A DNA stretch of 64,000 nt from Octopus vulgaris. Lineage: Eukaryota. Under the pieces are notes generated by a model. That model worked only from the letters and a program-made list of their open reading frames with translations, ran no database searches and was not told where the DNA came from. Every line of letters starts with the position of its first letter. The stretch's first letter is position 1. The position numbers and the translations under genes are program-made. The stretch lies in contig OX597820.1 of assembly GCA_951406725.2 (NCBI GenBank), positions 19,902,001 to 19,966,000 on the forward strand, in the 5' to 3' direction. Positions 1-13,700 of this stretch are shown here, one piece after another.

Positions 1-853
1 GGTGTGCAAGAGAGACGTTTGCGCTGGTATGGTCATGTGGCGAGAATGGATGAAGATAGTTGTGTGAAAAAGTGCCACACCCTAGCGGTTCAGGGAACCT
101 GTGGAAGAGGCAGACCCAGGAAAACTTGGGACGAGGTGGTGAAGCACGACCTTCGAACTTTAGGTCTCACTGAGGAAATGACTAGAGACCGAGACCTCTG
201 GAAGTGTGCTGTGCGCGAGAAGACCCGGCAGGACAAGTGAGTCCATAACCCGTGGCCTTCTACATGGGATGGAGCCGGCCTACGTATGCATACCTTCCCT
301 TCTTGGGACACAAAACTCTACTTGTGAAGACGTGTTGAGGCAAGTGAGGATCAGAATCGAAATCGATCAATGGAAATTGCGGATGTGCTACCAGTGCCGG
401 TGGCATGTCAAAACTCTGCTTGTGAAGACCCGTTGAGGCAAGTGAGGATCAGAATCGAAATCGATCAATGGAAATCGATCAATGGAAATTGCAGATGTGT
501 TACCAGTGCCGGTGGCATGTAAGAGAACTTTCCGTTTCGCGACCGTTGCCAGCACCGCCCCGTTTCGTGTCCGTTGCCAGCCTCACCTGGCCCTCGTGCC
601 GGTGGCACATAAAAAGCACCATCCGTTCGTGGCCGTTTGCCAGCTCTGTCTGGCACCAGTGCGGGTGGCACGTAAAAAGCACCCACTACACTCACGGAGT
701 GGTTGGCGTTAGGAAGGGCATCCAGCCGTAGAAACACTGCCAGATTTGACTGGGCCTGATGAAGCCTTCTGGCTTCACAGACCCCAGTAGAACCGTCCAA
801 CCCATGCTAGCATGGAAAACGGACGCTAAACGATGATGATGATGATGATGATG
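1..853 (+). mobile_element. 3' end of an RTE-clade LINE: ORF C-terminus, 3' UTR and (GAT)n tail
   Basis: RRLRWYGHVARMD...GRGRPRKTW...DRDLW is the typical RTE C-terminus; stop at 240; UTR has an internal ~98 bp tandem duplication (311-520); ends in (GAT)n. Confidence 0.85.
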
Positions 854-931
854 CTCTATGTTTCTTTCAATTATTTCTTTCACACACACACACACACAGA
901 AAGGAAATATGCACATACAGACAGAAAGAGT

Positions 932-973
<42 letters not shown>

Positions 974-1069
974 GACAGAGCGATTACAATTTATCAATTG
1001 AACATGACTGACATAAACGCTTTCTCTCTCCTCATAAGCATAAAGAGAAATGTGCTCAGACACATAATG

Positions 1070-1335
1070 GAGGAGAGAGAGAGAGAGTGGGGGATAGGAG
1101 AGAGAGGGTGGGGGTAGGAGGGAGAGGGTGGAGAGAGAGGTTAGGAAAGACAGAGGAGGTAAGAGAGAGAGGGCGGGAGAGAGAGGGTGGGAGAGAGAGG
1201 GTGGGAGAGAGGGTGAGGGAAAGAGAGGAGTTAGGAGCGAGAGAGAGGAGGTAAGAGGGAGAGAAAGAAAGGGGTTTGGAGAGAGAGAGAAGAGATAAGA
1301 GAGAGAGAGAGAGAGAGTGGAGAGTGAACAGGAGA
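1070..1335. repeat. GA-rich polypurine low-complexity tract
   Basis: Degenerate (GA)n/(GGGA)n. Confidence 0.8.
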
Positions 1336-1562
1336 AACATTGAAATGTCTGATGTCAAACACATCAGTGCCGAATCAGCAATGCCGAAGAGGCTGTGCCA
1401 AAATGTCTCATATAAAAAATAATTGCTCCTACAAACAACAGAAAAGACCTTATAACCTTTGAACAGGCAAATCAAATATTTACACAATTCACCCTATTAA
1501 AACACTGTTGCTTATTAGTATTAATAGTATTAATTCTCAAGAATTCTTAATATTGGTCCCAT

Positions 1563-1950
1563 TCTTTTATTCTTTTACTTGTTTCAGCCATTTGACTGTG
1601 GCCATGCTAGAGCACCACCTTAAAGGGTTTTAGTTGAAGAAACCGACCCCAGCACTTGCTCTTTGTAAGCCTAGTACTTTTTGTAATGGTCTCTTTTACT
1701 GAACTGCTAGGTTACAGGGACATAAACACACCAACATCGGTTCTCAAGCAATGGTGTGGGGACAAACACAGACACAAAGACACACACACATAAATACATA
1801 GACGCACACATATACGATGGGCTTCTTTCAGATTCTGTCTACCAGACCCACTCACAAGGCTTTGGTTGGCCAGTGGCTATAGTAGAAGACACTTGCCCAA
1901 GTGGGGATTGAACCCGGAACCATGTGGTTGGGAAGCAAGCTTCTTACCTG
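1563..1950 (-). mobile_element. tRNA-derived SINE family 2 (head TGGCTGTGTGGTAAG, internal CA/TA microsatellite); related copies near 3130-3537(-), 3540-3962(-), 14625-14955(+), 15140-15298(-), 19570-19735(+), 23968-24332(+), 36228-36622(-), 39793-40000(-), 41100-41537(+), 44185-44575(-)
   Basis: Dispersed near-identical copies with a B-box-like GGTTCAGTCCC and shared ggcaccttgggcaagtgtcttctactatagc core. Confidence 0.8.
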
Positions 1951-2029
1951 TGTCTATGTTAATAAAATTAAAACTGAATAAATATTCAATAATAAATCTC
2001 TGAGCGAGGTATAAACAGTAGCTGCACGA

Positions 2030-2661
2030 CATTGTGAAGTATATTTGCCCCTTAAATGTGGCTAACCCTTAAGGGTGGTTGCTACTGTAGCTTGTAGCCC
2101 CAGGATGACGCCTCCTCCAGCTGGCTATCGACACACTTTCTGTGCCCTACAGAAAGTGTGTCAATAGCCAGCTGGAGGAGGTATCCTCCTGTGGCTAACC
2201 CTTAAGGGTGGATGCTACTGTAGCTTGTAGCCCCAGGATGATACCTCCTCCAGCTGGCTATTGACGCACTTTCTGTGCCCTACAGAAAGTGTGTCAATAG
2301 CCAGCTGGAGGAGGTATCCTCCTGTGGCTAACCCTTAAGGGTAGATGCTACTGTAGCTTGTAGCCCCAGGATGATACCTCCTCCAGCTGGCTATTGACGC
2401 ACTTTCTGTGCCCTACAGAAAGTGTGTCAATAGCCAGCTGGAGGAGGTATCCTCCTGTGGCTAACCCATAAGGGTAGATGCTACTGTAACTTGTAGCCCC
2501 AGGATGACGCCTCCTCCAGCTGGCTATTGATGCACTTTCTGTGCCCTACAGAGAGTGTGTCAATAGCCAGCTGGAGGAGGTGTCCTCCTAGGGCTACAAG
2601 CTACAGTAGCATCCACCCTTATGGGTTAGCCACATTTAAGTGGTAAATATACTTCACGATG
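2030..2661. repeat. Foldback/MITE with 4 tandem 133-bp internal hairpin units inside long terminal inverted arms
   Basis: Units start at 2057, 2190, 2323 and 2456; 2581-2661 is the reverse complement of the left end. Confidence 0.88.
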
Positions 2662-2698
2662 AATATATATTCTTTATCAAAATTTGCAAGAGAAATAC

Positions 2699-2936
2699 CT
2701 GATGAATCTCCTGCAGTATGATCAATTGGTGGTTCCAGTTTAGTTCTTCTGTAGTGTCCTGTTCTGATGACCCAATTCATACTATGGCCTATAGTAAGAC
2801 GGTTGTTAAACCAGCCACAGAAACCTTCTTCAAAGTTACAGGAAGCTAACGGTTCACAAGCTGTTTGAGAAACTTTGACATCGTCCAGAGCAATAATAAC
2901 TCTACTGTTGTAACCACGAATACCTTCGAACAAGAC
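2699..2936 (-). CDS. MAM gene exon 21 (MAM8 C-part plus MAM9 N-part)
   Basis: VLFEGIRG...[28 protein letters not shown]...[11 protein letters not shown]; 238 nt, phase 0-1. Confidence 0.9.
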
Positions 2937-3331
2937 CTGGTTAAAAAAAAAAAATAGAAAAATAAAATAGCACAAACGAATATTAATATACCTTAGCATC
3001 TCAGTATGTTTCTTTTCCTCTCCCTCACCTCTCTCTGTCTTTGTCTCTCGCTCCTTCGCTCCCTCTCTCTCTTTCTCTCTCTCTTTCTCTTTCTCTCTCT
3101 CTCCTTCTTTGTACATGTTTCATAGATTTACTCTCTTTACTTGTTTCAGTCATTTGACTGTGGCCATGCTAGAGCACCGCCTTTAGTCGAGCAAATCGAC
3201 CCCAGGACTTATTCTTTGTAAGCCTAGTACTTATTCTATCGGTTTCTTTTGCTGAACTGCTAAGTTATGGGGACGTAAACACACCAGCATCGGTTGTCAA
3301 GCGATGCTGGGGGGACAAACATATACACACA

Positions 3332-3377
<46 letters not shown>

Positions 3378-3764
3378 TACGACGGGCTTCTTTCAGTTTC
3401 TGTCTATCAAATCCACTCACAAGGCTTTGGTCGGCCTGAGGCTATAGTAGAAGACACTTGCCCAAGGTGTCACGCAGTGGGACTGAACCCGGAACCATGT
3501 GGCTGGTAAGCAAGCTACTTACCACACAACCACACCTCTCTATTTTTCTTACTTGTTTCAGTCATTTGACAGTGGCTATGCTGGAGCATCACCTTAAAGG
3601 GTTTTAGTTGAAGAAATCGACACCAGAACTTACTCTTTGTAAGCCTGGTACTTATTCTATCAGTTTCTTTTGCTGAACCACTAAGTTATGGCAATGTAAA
3701 CAAACCAACAGCGGTTGTCAAGCGATGGTGGGGCAACAAACAAAGACACACAAATACATAAAAA

Positions 3765-3803
<39 letters not shown>

Positions 3804-5899
3804 AATATGATGGGCTTCTTTCAGTTTCTATCTTCCAAATCCATTCACAAGGCTTTAGTTAGCTCAAGGCTAGAGTAGAAGAGACTTGCCCAAGGTGCCA
3901 TGCAGTGGGACTGAACCCGGAACCATGTGGTTGGGAAGCAAGCTTCTTACCACACAGCCATAATTTTGTTTACATTTGTTTTTGTTACTGGACTTTGGTC
4001 ATGGTGGGGTTCCACTTTGAAGGGTTTAGCCAAACAAACTGATCTCAGGAATTGAAAATAAGCTCCACTCACTCATGCATAATGTAACTGAGATACATGT
4101 AGGTTCCAATACAAGTCTTTATTGCAAGGAAACTCTGGTTGGTGACTGCTTATGACAACCATCAAAATCAAGAAGGAAGCATTTGGCTTGATTTGCTAAA
4201 AATAACAGCCATATCTTCCTTAAATCATACCATACCAGCTTATATAAGCACAGGATGCAGTAAATAAAGTATTCCCCAAAACATGATGTTCATGCCTGGA
4301 ATGACTTTGATCAGAAGTATGCTGTATCAAAGTTGACCTGGGGTTAAACAATAATGACAGCAATAGCAATGACAACAACAACAACCTTTCTAATCTTGGC
4401 ACAAGGCCTGACATTTTGAGGGGAGGGGCAGTCTCATTTACATCAATCTCAGTGCTTGGCTGATTCTTTATTCTATTGACTCTAAAAGGATGAAAAGCAA
4501 AGTCAACCCTGCTGCAAACATCTGACCACCTCTCTCGAAATTGCTGGCCTTGTGCCAACATTTGAAACCAGTGTTAACCCTTTAGTGTTCATATTACTCA
4601 GACAAATGTAATGCTTATCTGTTGACATTGTTTTGAATTAATCATGACTTATCTTGTGGCTTTGAGATTTTGATGATGTGATTGTTTATTCTTACAATGA
4701 CATTGTAGGGTAGGTGTGAGAGGCCAGTTATGGCCAGTTTGCTCATAAAATGGGTAGAACATTTTGGCCTGATATGGCCAGTTTAAAAGCAAAATGCTTA
4801 AGTTAACAACACTAGCATACTTAGAGTTTATGCCGCCCAGGGTGACCCTTCCATTTGCTGCCCCCTGACCCCACAAAAAAACACATATTACCTACAGCAA
4901 TAACCTACAAGAGGATTAAAAGTGCTGCCCCTTTAAAATTGCTGCCCTTTTAAAAGTGCTGCCCCATTAAAAGTGCTGCCCAATTAAAAGCACTGCCCCT
5001 TTAAAAGTGCTGTCCTGTTAAAAGTGCTGCCCCATTAAAAGTGCTGCCACTTTAAAAGTGCTGCCCCTTTAAAAGTGCTGCCCCTTTAAAAATGCTGCCC
5101 CTTTAAAAGTGCTGCCCCTTTAAAAATGCTGCTCCTTTAAAAGTGCTGCCCCATTAAAAGTGCTCCCCTTTAAAAGTGCTGCCCCATTAAAAATGCTGCC
5201 CCTTTAAAAGTGCTGTCCCATTAAAAGTGCTTCCCATTTAAAAATGCTGCCCCTTTAAAAATGCTACCCCTTTAAAAGTGCTACCCCTTTAAAAGTGCTG
5301 CCCCTTTAAAAGTGCTGCCCCATTAAAAATGCTGCCCCTTTAAAAGTGCTGCCCCTTTAAAAGTGCTGTCCCATTAAAAGTGCTTCCCCTTTAAAAATGC
5401 TGCCCCTTTAAAAATGCTACCCCTTTAAAAGTGCTACCCCTTTAAAAGTGCTGCCCCTTTAAAAGTGTTGCCTGGGACGGACTGTCTCCCCCTCCAACCA
5501 ACTAAGCTAGGGATTAAGAAACTTCTAATATGCACTTTGAAATGTTTTGTAACGCTTACCTGGAATGGTGTCTGGGAATTGATTGAAACTGTAGCTAAAC
5601 GCCAATGAGGTCCTTGACTGGTCTGAATAGACCAAAGTCTAGTTGTTATTTTGTTATTTTGGTACAAATAGACATTTATTTTATCCTCATATGTTCCATC
5701 CATGTAGTACCAAAATGATAAGCAGCGCTCTGTTTGGGTTGCTGGATATTGTGGTGTGTATAAGTGAGCATGGTCATCTTTTGTATGCTTTTGCATATTA
5801 AGGTACATATAATGGCCTGAAATTGAGAAAAATAATTGAGAAAAATAAATAGCGCATGTCCGTAAATTGTCTTTACTACTACTACTACTACTACTACTA

Positions 5900-5939
<40 letters not shown>

Positions 5940-7580
5940 GTCGTCGTTGTTGTTTAATGTCTGTTTTCCATGCTAGCATCTGTTGGACGGTTCGACCGGG
6001 GATCTGGGAAGCCAGGAGGCTGCACCAGGTTCCAGTCTGATCTGGCAGTGCTTCTACAGCTGGATGCCCCTTCCTAACGCCAACCACTCTCTGAGTGTAG
6101 TGGGTGCTTTTTACGTGCCACTGAATTTGAAGAATTCAGGGGAAAATGAAAAATAATGGTAACTCAGCAGAGTTTATTGGAAAGCATAGGCAAACAAATA
6201 AAGTTTTATTAGAAACATCTGAACACGTCTATGTGGATCTCATTGGTTGCATCGAACACATCTAGGTGATACAATACAATAAACTGTGGAAATTGTATTT
6301 GCCAAGAAAGTGCATGGTTTAGTGGTTACAGCATTGGGCTCACAATCATGAGGTAGTGAGTTCAATTCCCAGACTGAGCTGTGAGTTTTGTTCTTGAGCA
6401 AGACACTTTATTTCTCATTGCTCCAGTTCACTCAGCTGTAGAAATGAGTTGCGATGTCACTGGAGCCAAACTGTATCGGCCCCTTTGCCTTTCCCTTGGA
6501 TAAAATTGGTGGCGTGAAGAGGGGAGGCTGGTCTACATGTGCGACAGTTGGTCTTCTATAAAACAACCTTGCCTGGACTTGTGCCCAAGAGGGTAACTCT
6601 CTAGGTGTGATCCCATGGTCATTCATGACCAGAGAGGGCTTTTACTCTAAGTTAGAGGGACATAAACAAACCAACACAGGTTACCAAGTGGTGATGGGAA
6701 GGACAGACAGATACGAAGACACACAGATACGTACACACATATATACACACACATATTTACAACGTACTTCCACACAGTTTCTGTCTACCAAATTCAGTCA
6801 CAAGGCATTATTTGGTCTGGGACTGTAGTGGAAGACAGTTGCCCAAGGGATTGAACCTGAAATGACATGGATGCAAAGCAAGCTTCTTAACCACACAGCC
6901 ATGCATCAATTAGGGTCAGTGTTACCCTCGAGGCAATCAAGCTAATTACTCAGAGAGTGCCGAACAATTTTCTGGGCAACATAAAAATTTCTTAACTCAC
7001 TTAAAAATATGAAACCTCAGCAAAGGAGAGGTCACATTTGGAACAGGGGAAGATGGAGGACAAGATTAGTGAGGGGAATGGTGTGGAAGACGAGAAGGTC
7101 ATATGGTGCTATGACCTGTCACATGATTTGGTGTGAAAGAATAAAAATTTTGTCAGATAGCAAAATTATATGACGATGTATATGATAATAAAACTAGATT
7201 TAGTTCATCACAGTATAGTGATCCATAATAATGTTGGTAGATTTAGTTAAATTTATCTTTGAACTCCTCTGCATTAAGATTTTTTTGTTCCTTCTCGAGC
7301 CATGCCCGGCTCATAAGGGCCGGTTTCCCGGTTTCCTTGGCGTATAGATTCTCCACCTGGACGGGACGTCGGTCCGTCGCAGGTGAGCTGCAAGATGCAG
7401 GAGGAAAGCGTGAGAGAATGTTGTGGCGATAGAGTCAGCAGAAGTTTGCCATTACCTTCTGCCAGAGCTGTGTGGAGCTTAGGTGTTTCGCTCATAAACA
7501 TACGCATCGCCCAGTCTGAGATTTGAACCCACGATCCATCGACTGCGAGTCCACTGCTCTAACCACTAGGCCATGTGTCT

Positions 7581-7617
<37 letters not shown>

Positions 7618-7700
7618 TACACACACACACACACACATAAGTATATATTATGTTCTGAGTTCAAACATACATACATGGGGCACTCGTCTGTAAAAGTACT

Positions 7701-7750
<50 letters not shown>

Positions 7751-10700
7751 TGATGCCCCGATACATGAGCAAATCTGCTCCCAGAGACCACCCGCACTAA
7801 GATGTGAAATTTTTTGCACTAAGATGTGAAATTTAAGATCTCTATCCTGATGATAGAGGCTCATCTTATCCAATGTTAATTGCGTCCATACTCCCCCATA
7901 CTGATAATAAAACTATAGATTTCTTGTATACAAGTTAATCATAACTTTTCATCTGTATTTTATAGCAGGTAGTAGCTAGAAGAATGCACAGAAAACGACT
8001 GTCAAAGGGTGTGTACAATGTAGGGATGAGAAAAGGAGATATATGTTGTTGGGCTAGGAAAAGGGAGTGTTTGTTTGAAGTGTATATTGTACACAGGGTT
8101 GGATTGAGACCCAAGAGACCCTAAGCACTTGAAAAATTTTGGTGTCCCCTTGTATATGTAATTCAAAGTATAAACAATGATAAACCATAAAATAAATTTT
8201 TGTGTTTCAAAATGAAACAAAACTAACAGTAAGATGGAAAATAATGTTTAATTTTGTATACTTCCACTTTATTTGTATTTGATAAATTTTTACAGCTTTC
8301 AAAATTGCAAAGTCTTTGATTAGATTCTCACTATGAACACTTTGAAATTACATTTCTGATCATATAAACCACTTTGAATATCAGTTTAGCAAGCTTAAAA
8401 TGATTTCATTTTGTGCCATAAACTATTTACCATTTCTGTGATGCCCAACTTTCCTTGATGCTGTGTGTATCTGCTTATTTTGCTTAATGGTTAATCCAGC
8501 ACTGATTATAGGGCTAGAAAAATTGGGTTGCTCATTGTAGAACTACAAGAAGCAGCATTCATTGTAGGATTAAGAGAGGGGAGAACATATTATAGGGCTG
8601 GGAGAAGGGGGTCAGATAATATAGGATTTACCAAGGGTGCTGACCATCTTAGCACTAATCCTGGCATCAATGGATTATGATAGAATATAGAATTGTTAAA
8701 ATTTATTACTCAGCTGTGTTCTTCCAGTTGAAGAGCTGCAATATCTGGACACATCATAAGACTTGTATCCTGGAGTCACTGGTTGTTTCCAGTTTTCCAA
8801 TAGATACAGCAAACTAGCTTGTTAAGAAAATCTCTATTAGAGATGAAAGCAGTATTTATACCGAGATGTAATGATGTTTATCACCACATGGTGTTCTATA
8901 AGAACAGATGATACTGCTATTTTAACCCCGGGAGGACATCTCCTCCAACTGGCTATCAAGTGCACTTCACACTCGATATATATTGCAAGCAGGGAGAAAA
9001 CTCACCACTATTCTAGCTTAGAGACCACCACATCACATGATTTCAATCTTATTTTGATCATCCTCGATGATGGATACTCATCTGCTAGACATAGCAGTAA
9101 TTTACCCCAGCTTACAATATATATGGCAATAAATATAGACACACTTATTCAGGTAACCCAACCTAGGTTGACCAAGTTCAGACCTGTGTCCAAGTGGCGT
9201 TCTACTGACCCTGCTGGTCACTTCTTTTCAACCAGAGCCATCTAGATACTTTCTTAGCAGCCTCTACACTGTTCTCGATGGCAGTTCTTCATTTCTGTTA
9301 TTCACAGAGTTCTAACTGATCTTAGGAAACCATGGGCTTTACATGAGTTTAGTTTACATATTGCTTTGAAAAATAACTTTCTAATAAATATTAACTAAAG
9401 TTTCTTATAGGATTAATTCAATAAATAATCAACAAAAACTTCATTTATGAAATAAAGTTGAACAGAAAAGAGCAAAATAGTAAACTCAGATAATCACCAT
9501 AAAATGACTTGTATGTATGGTCACTTTGTGGTCCACTACGACGAGCTGTTGAGCGAGAACCTCTTGTCCAGTTGAATTTATCAGTTGTACCTTGTTCAAA
9601 GCCACATATATCAACCTCTTCAAAGTCACATTCATCTGAAAGAAAAAAAAAACAAAAAAAACAGAGTAATTTTTGTTTATGCACACACTTCTGAACAAAC
9701 ATTTTTATAGTGTGTGCACTGCCTTGTTTTAGATAGGGATTACTTCATAGGGTTTTGAAAACAGACATTTTTTTTCTCCTGGTAAGATTAGTAATGTGGT
9801 AAATTTATGTTAAGCAAAAATATCAAAGAGAAGATAATTTTTTGTACAATTATACCTATTTCTTTACTACCCACAAGGGGCTAAACACAGAGAGGACAAA
9901 CAAGGACAGACAAACGGATTAAGTCGATTATATCGACCCTAGTGCATAACTGGTACTTATTTAATCAACCCTGAAAGGATGAAAGGCAAAGTCGACCTCG
10001 GCGGAATTTGAACTAAGAACATAGCTGCATACGAAATACTTATTTCTTTACTACCCACAAGGGGCTAAACACAGAGAAGACAAACGGATTAAGTTGATTA
10101 TATTGACCCTTGTGCATAACTGGTACTTATTTAATCGACTCCGAAAGGATAAAAAGCAAAGTTGACCTCGGCGGAATTTGAACTCAGAACGTAGCGGCAG
10201 GTGAACTACCATTAAGCATTTCGCCCGGCGTGCTAACGACTCTGCCAGCTCACCGCCTTGTTTAGTACAAGTATGTACAGAAAGAATTATAATTATTATT
10301 ATTATTATTATTATTATTTTTATTAAAGTAGTAAGCTAGCAGAATCGTTAGCATGCCAAGTGAAATGCTTAGTGGTATTTCATCTACTGCTACATTCTGA
10401 GTTCAAATTCCACCAAGGTTGACTTTGCCTTTTAGGGTTGATAAATTGAGTACCAGTTGCATACTGGAGTCGATCTAATTGAATGGCCCCTCCCCCCAAA
10501 TTTCAGGTCTTGAGTAGAAAAGATTATTATTATTATTATCATTATTGTTATTATTATTATTGTTATTTATCATTATTACTATTATTATTAAGGTGACAAG
10601 CTGGCAGAATCGTAAACAATGCTGGGTGAAATATTTATCAGTATTTCATCTGCTGCTACGTTCTGAGTTCAAATTCTGCTGAGGTTGACTTTACCTTTCA

Positions 10701-13700
10701 TCCTTTCAGGGTTTGGATAATTCACCTTTGGAAACATGGGTGTTTCGTTCAACATCCTTAAACAAGCCTTATTCAGGGATCTTTTGGGAGGGATGGGCTA
10801 CTCGACCAGAAGAAAATTCTAACTGGGCCCCACCTGCAAGGTCATGCGCTGTTTATCTTGATATGAGATCACCATGTCATGCACATATGTTTGTGATGCA
10901 TGTGCCTAGTCTACCCTTATCAGACGGGTAATCATGATGGGTATACTGGGCTTTGTATATTTTACCCCAGTGTCACTTTGATAGCATGTACTGCTCTCTC
11001 TCTCTCTCACACACACACAACAACAACAACAACAACAACAACTATTATTATTATAATTACTATTATTATTATTAGTAATCCTTTCTATTATAAGCACAAA
11101 GCTTGAAAATTAGTAGGGAGAGGGCTGGTTGATTACATTGATCCCAGTACTCAACTGGTACGTATTTCCTCAACCCTGAAAAAAAATGAAAGGTAAGTCA
11201 ACCTTGGTGGAATTTGAACTCGGTATGTAAAGACGGATGAAACACCACCAAGTATTTTTGTCCGCTGTGCTAATGATTCTACCAGCTTGCTGTCTTCACC
11301 ATGTTAATACTAATAACAACAGCATACATAGTTTAGTATGGAAACATATTGTTTAGTATGTTTCCATACTAAACTATGAAAGAAAGAGAATACAAATAAT
11401 ATTCTTGAAAAAAAGGTAAAAACTGATAGAGCTTATGTCAAAGAATTTTCACCAACAATATTGATTTACAGCATTCTGTTTTCACTGCAGTGGGTCAAAT
11501 TAGCAGAAAATTTTATATTGATTGCACATTCTTAATAATACCATTGGCAATTTTTTGAGCTATAAGGACGAAAATAACTTGGGAAACCAGTGTCTTTTTA
11601 TTTTGTTGGTGACTTAATATACTTATTGTGTCTGGGGAGAGTCATTCTCTTTTAGTGCCTTATTAATTTAACACACTCACTGGCAGTGGCGGACTAGCCA
11701 GGTTGCCAGCTTGCCCAATGGCAAGTGGGCCCCTGCGTCATTAGAATCCATAATTAGGGGCCCATGTTAGTATCTAAGAGGCCCATCCCCTCAAGTTTGA
11801 AAAGTTTTTATTCACTCCTGGAAGAATGTATTAATTATTTCAGCCTGGCTATGTTTGTAGACAATTGTAAAGAATACTTTTAACAAAAAGAAAAATTAAA
11901 TTATAGCATTGTATTTGCAGGCTGACCCCCTTGTAGTTGCAGGTGGACACCCGTAGTCTCCTGGCAACCAATATTTTTAGACCCAGTCTGCCACTACTCA
12001 CCGGTCTGATTTCCACTCATTTTCTTATTTATTTTTACTAAAATTTTTGTTGCGTCTTGCAAATCTTAGGGAAAATAAATAAGTAAATGAGTGGAAATCA
12101 GACTGTTGAGTGTGTTAAATTGATGAAGCACCAAAAGAGAATGACTCTCCCCAGACAGTAAAATATGCTTCAACACACGAATTCACATAAAGAATCTTGC
12201 AAACCAGATACAAAAACGAAATTAATATATTTAGATAAGTATTAATTCAAAATAACAATTTTGCACAGGATTGCTACATAAAAGAATGATATTCTGACAG
12301 ACTTCAAGCATTTTAATATATTCTTTTCTACTCTAGGCACAAGGCCCATTTTTGGGGAGAGGGCCAGTCAATTAGATCGACTCCCGAAAGGATGAAAGGC
12401 AAAGTTGACCTCAGCATTTTAATACATTAGTAAAGCATGTATTAAATCAATAGCAATTTCTATTTTCATGAATTTGCTACAATAGACAATGTGTTTTTTT
12501 TTGGTTTCTTGTAAATTCTGAATGACCAGAGCACAAAACAATAACTGGTGCCCTTGTTATGGAGCAGTAATTATGAACTTGGTAGACCAAATATGGCTAT
12601 AGTTATAATTATATTGATGGGCTTTCATTTATCAAATCCATTCATGAGACTTTAACCAGCTTTGAGTTATTAGTATAAGGTACTTTGCCCAAGGTGCCCC
12701 ACAGTGAAACTGAACCCTAAGCCACATGATAGAGAAGCAGACTTCTTAACCCCACAGCCATGCCTGTACCAATGTAAATATGATATTTTACATCAGATAA
12801 AACTTGGTCTTCTGCCAGTTGGCTCAGCTTGAAGAATCAGTTTTCTGATTCTTTTCTCCGATGTTCTAATCATGTCTGCAGTCTCAGAGCTGGAGTGGAG
12901 GCATGTGACTCAGTGGCTAGGGTATCGGACTCATGATCATAAGATTGTGGTTTCAATTCCTGGACTGGGTGACACATTGTGTTCTTGAACAAAACACTTC
13001 ATTTCAAATTGCTCTAGTCCACTCACCTGGCAAAAATGAGTAATTCTGTGACAGACAGGTGTCCTGTTCATGTGGGGAATATATATGCCATGAAACCAGG
13101 AACTGGCCAGTGTGAGTCGGCATGACTTGAGAAGGTAACTTTACCTTTTGTGGAGATGCTTGGCTTAGTGGTTAGAGCAGTGCTTTTCAAACTTTTTGCT
13201 GGAGCGGAACCCCAAGGAAACATTCCACTGGCTCGAGGAACCCCTGTGCAATAATTTAATAGTCTTATGCACACATATCTGTGCAGGAGACTTAAAAATT
13301 ACTGCCAATTTTAGCAGTTTTGTAACTTCTTGCGGAACCCCTGGACTGTACTGGCGGAACCCTAAGGTTCTGCAGAACTCTGGTTGAAAACCACTGGGTT
13401 GGAGTGTTAAACTCATGATTATAAGATTGTGGTTTCGATTCCTGGACTGGGCGACGCATTGCATTCTTGAGCAAAACATTTCATTTTGCATCACTCCAGT
13501 CCACTCAGCTGGCAAAAATGCATAATCCTGAAATGGACCAGTGTCCCATCCAGGTGGATAATTTATATGCCATGGAAACAAAAAAACTGGCCTTTACGAG
13601 TTGATGTGACTTGAGAAGGTAACTTTGCTTTACTTCTCAGAGTTGTAAACTTTTAATGCAGAGAAGCAGCAACTAGACCCAGAGACACTCTCTGATCCCT

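Noticed and set aside
756-785. CTGATGA followed by a hairpin in the RTE 3' UTR
   Set aside because: There is no GAAA box, and other copies read ctggtgca, so it is not a hammerhead.
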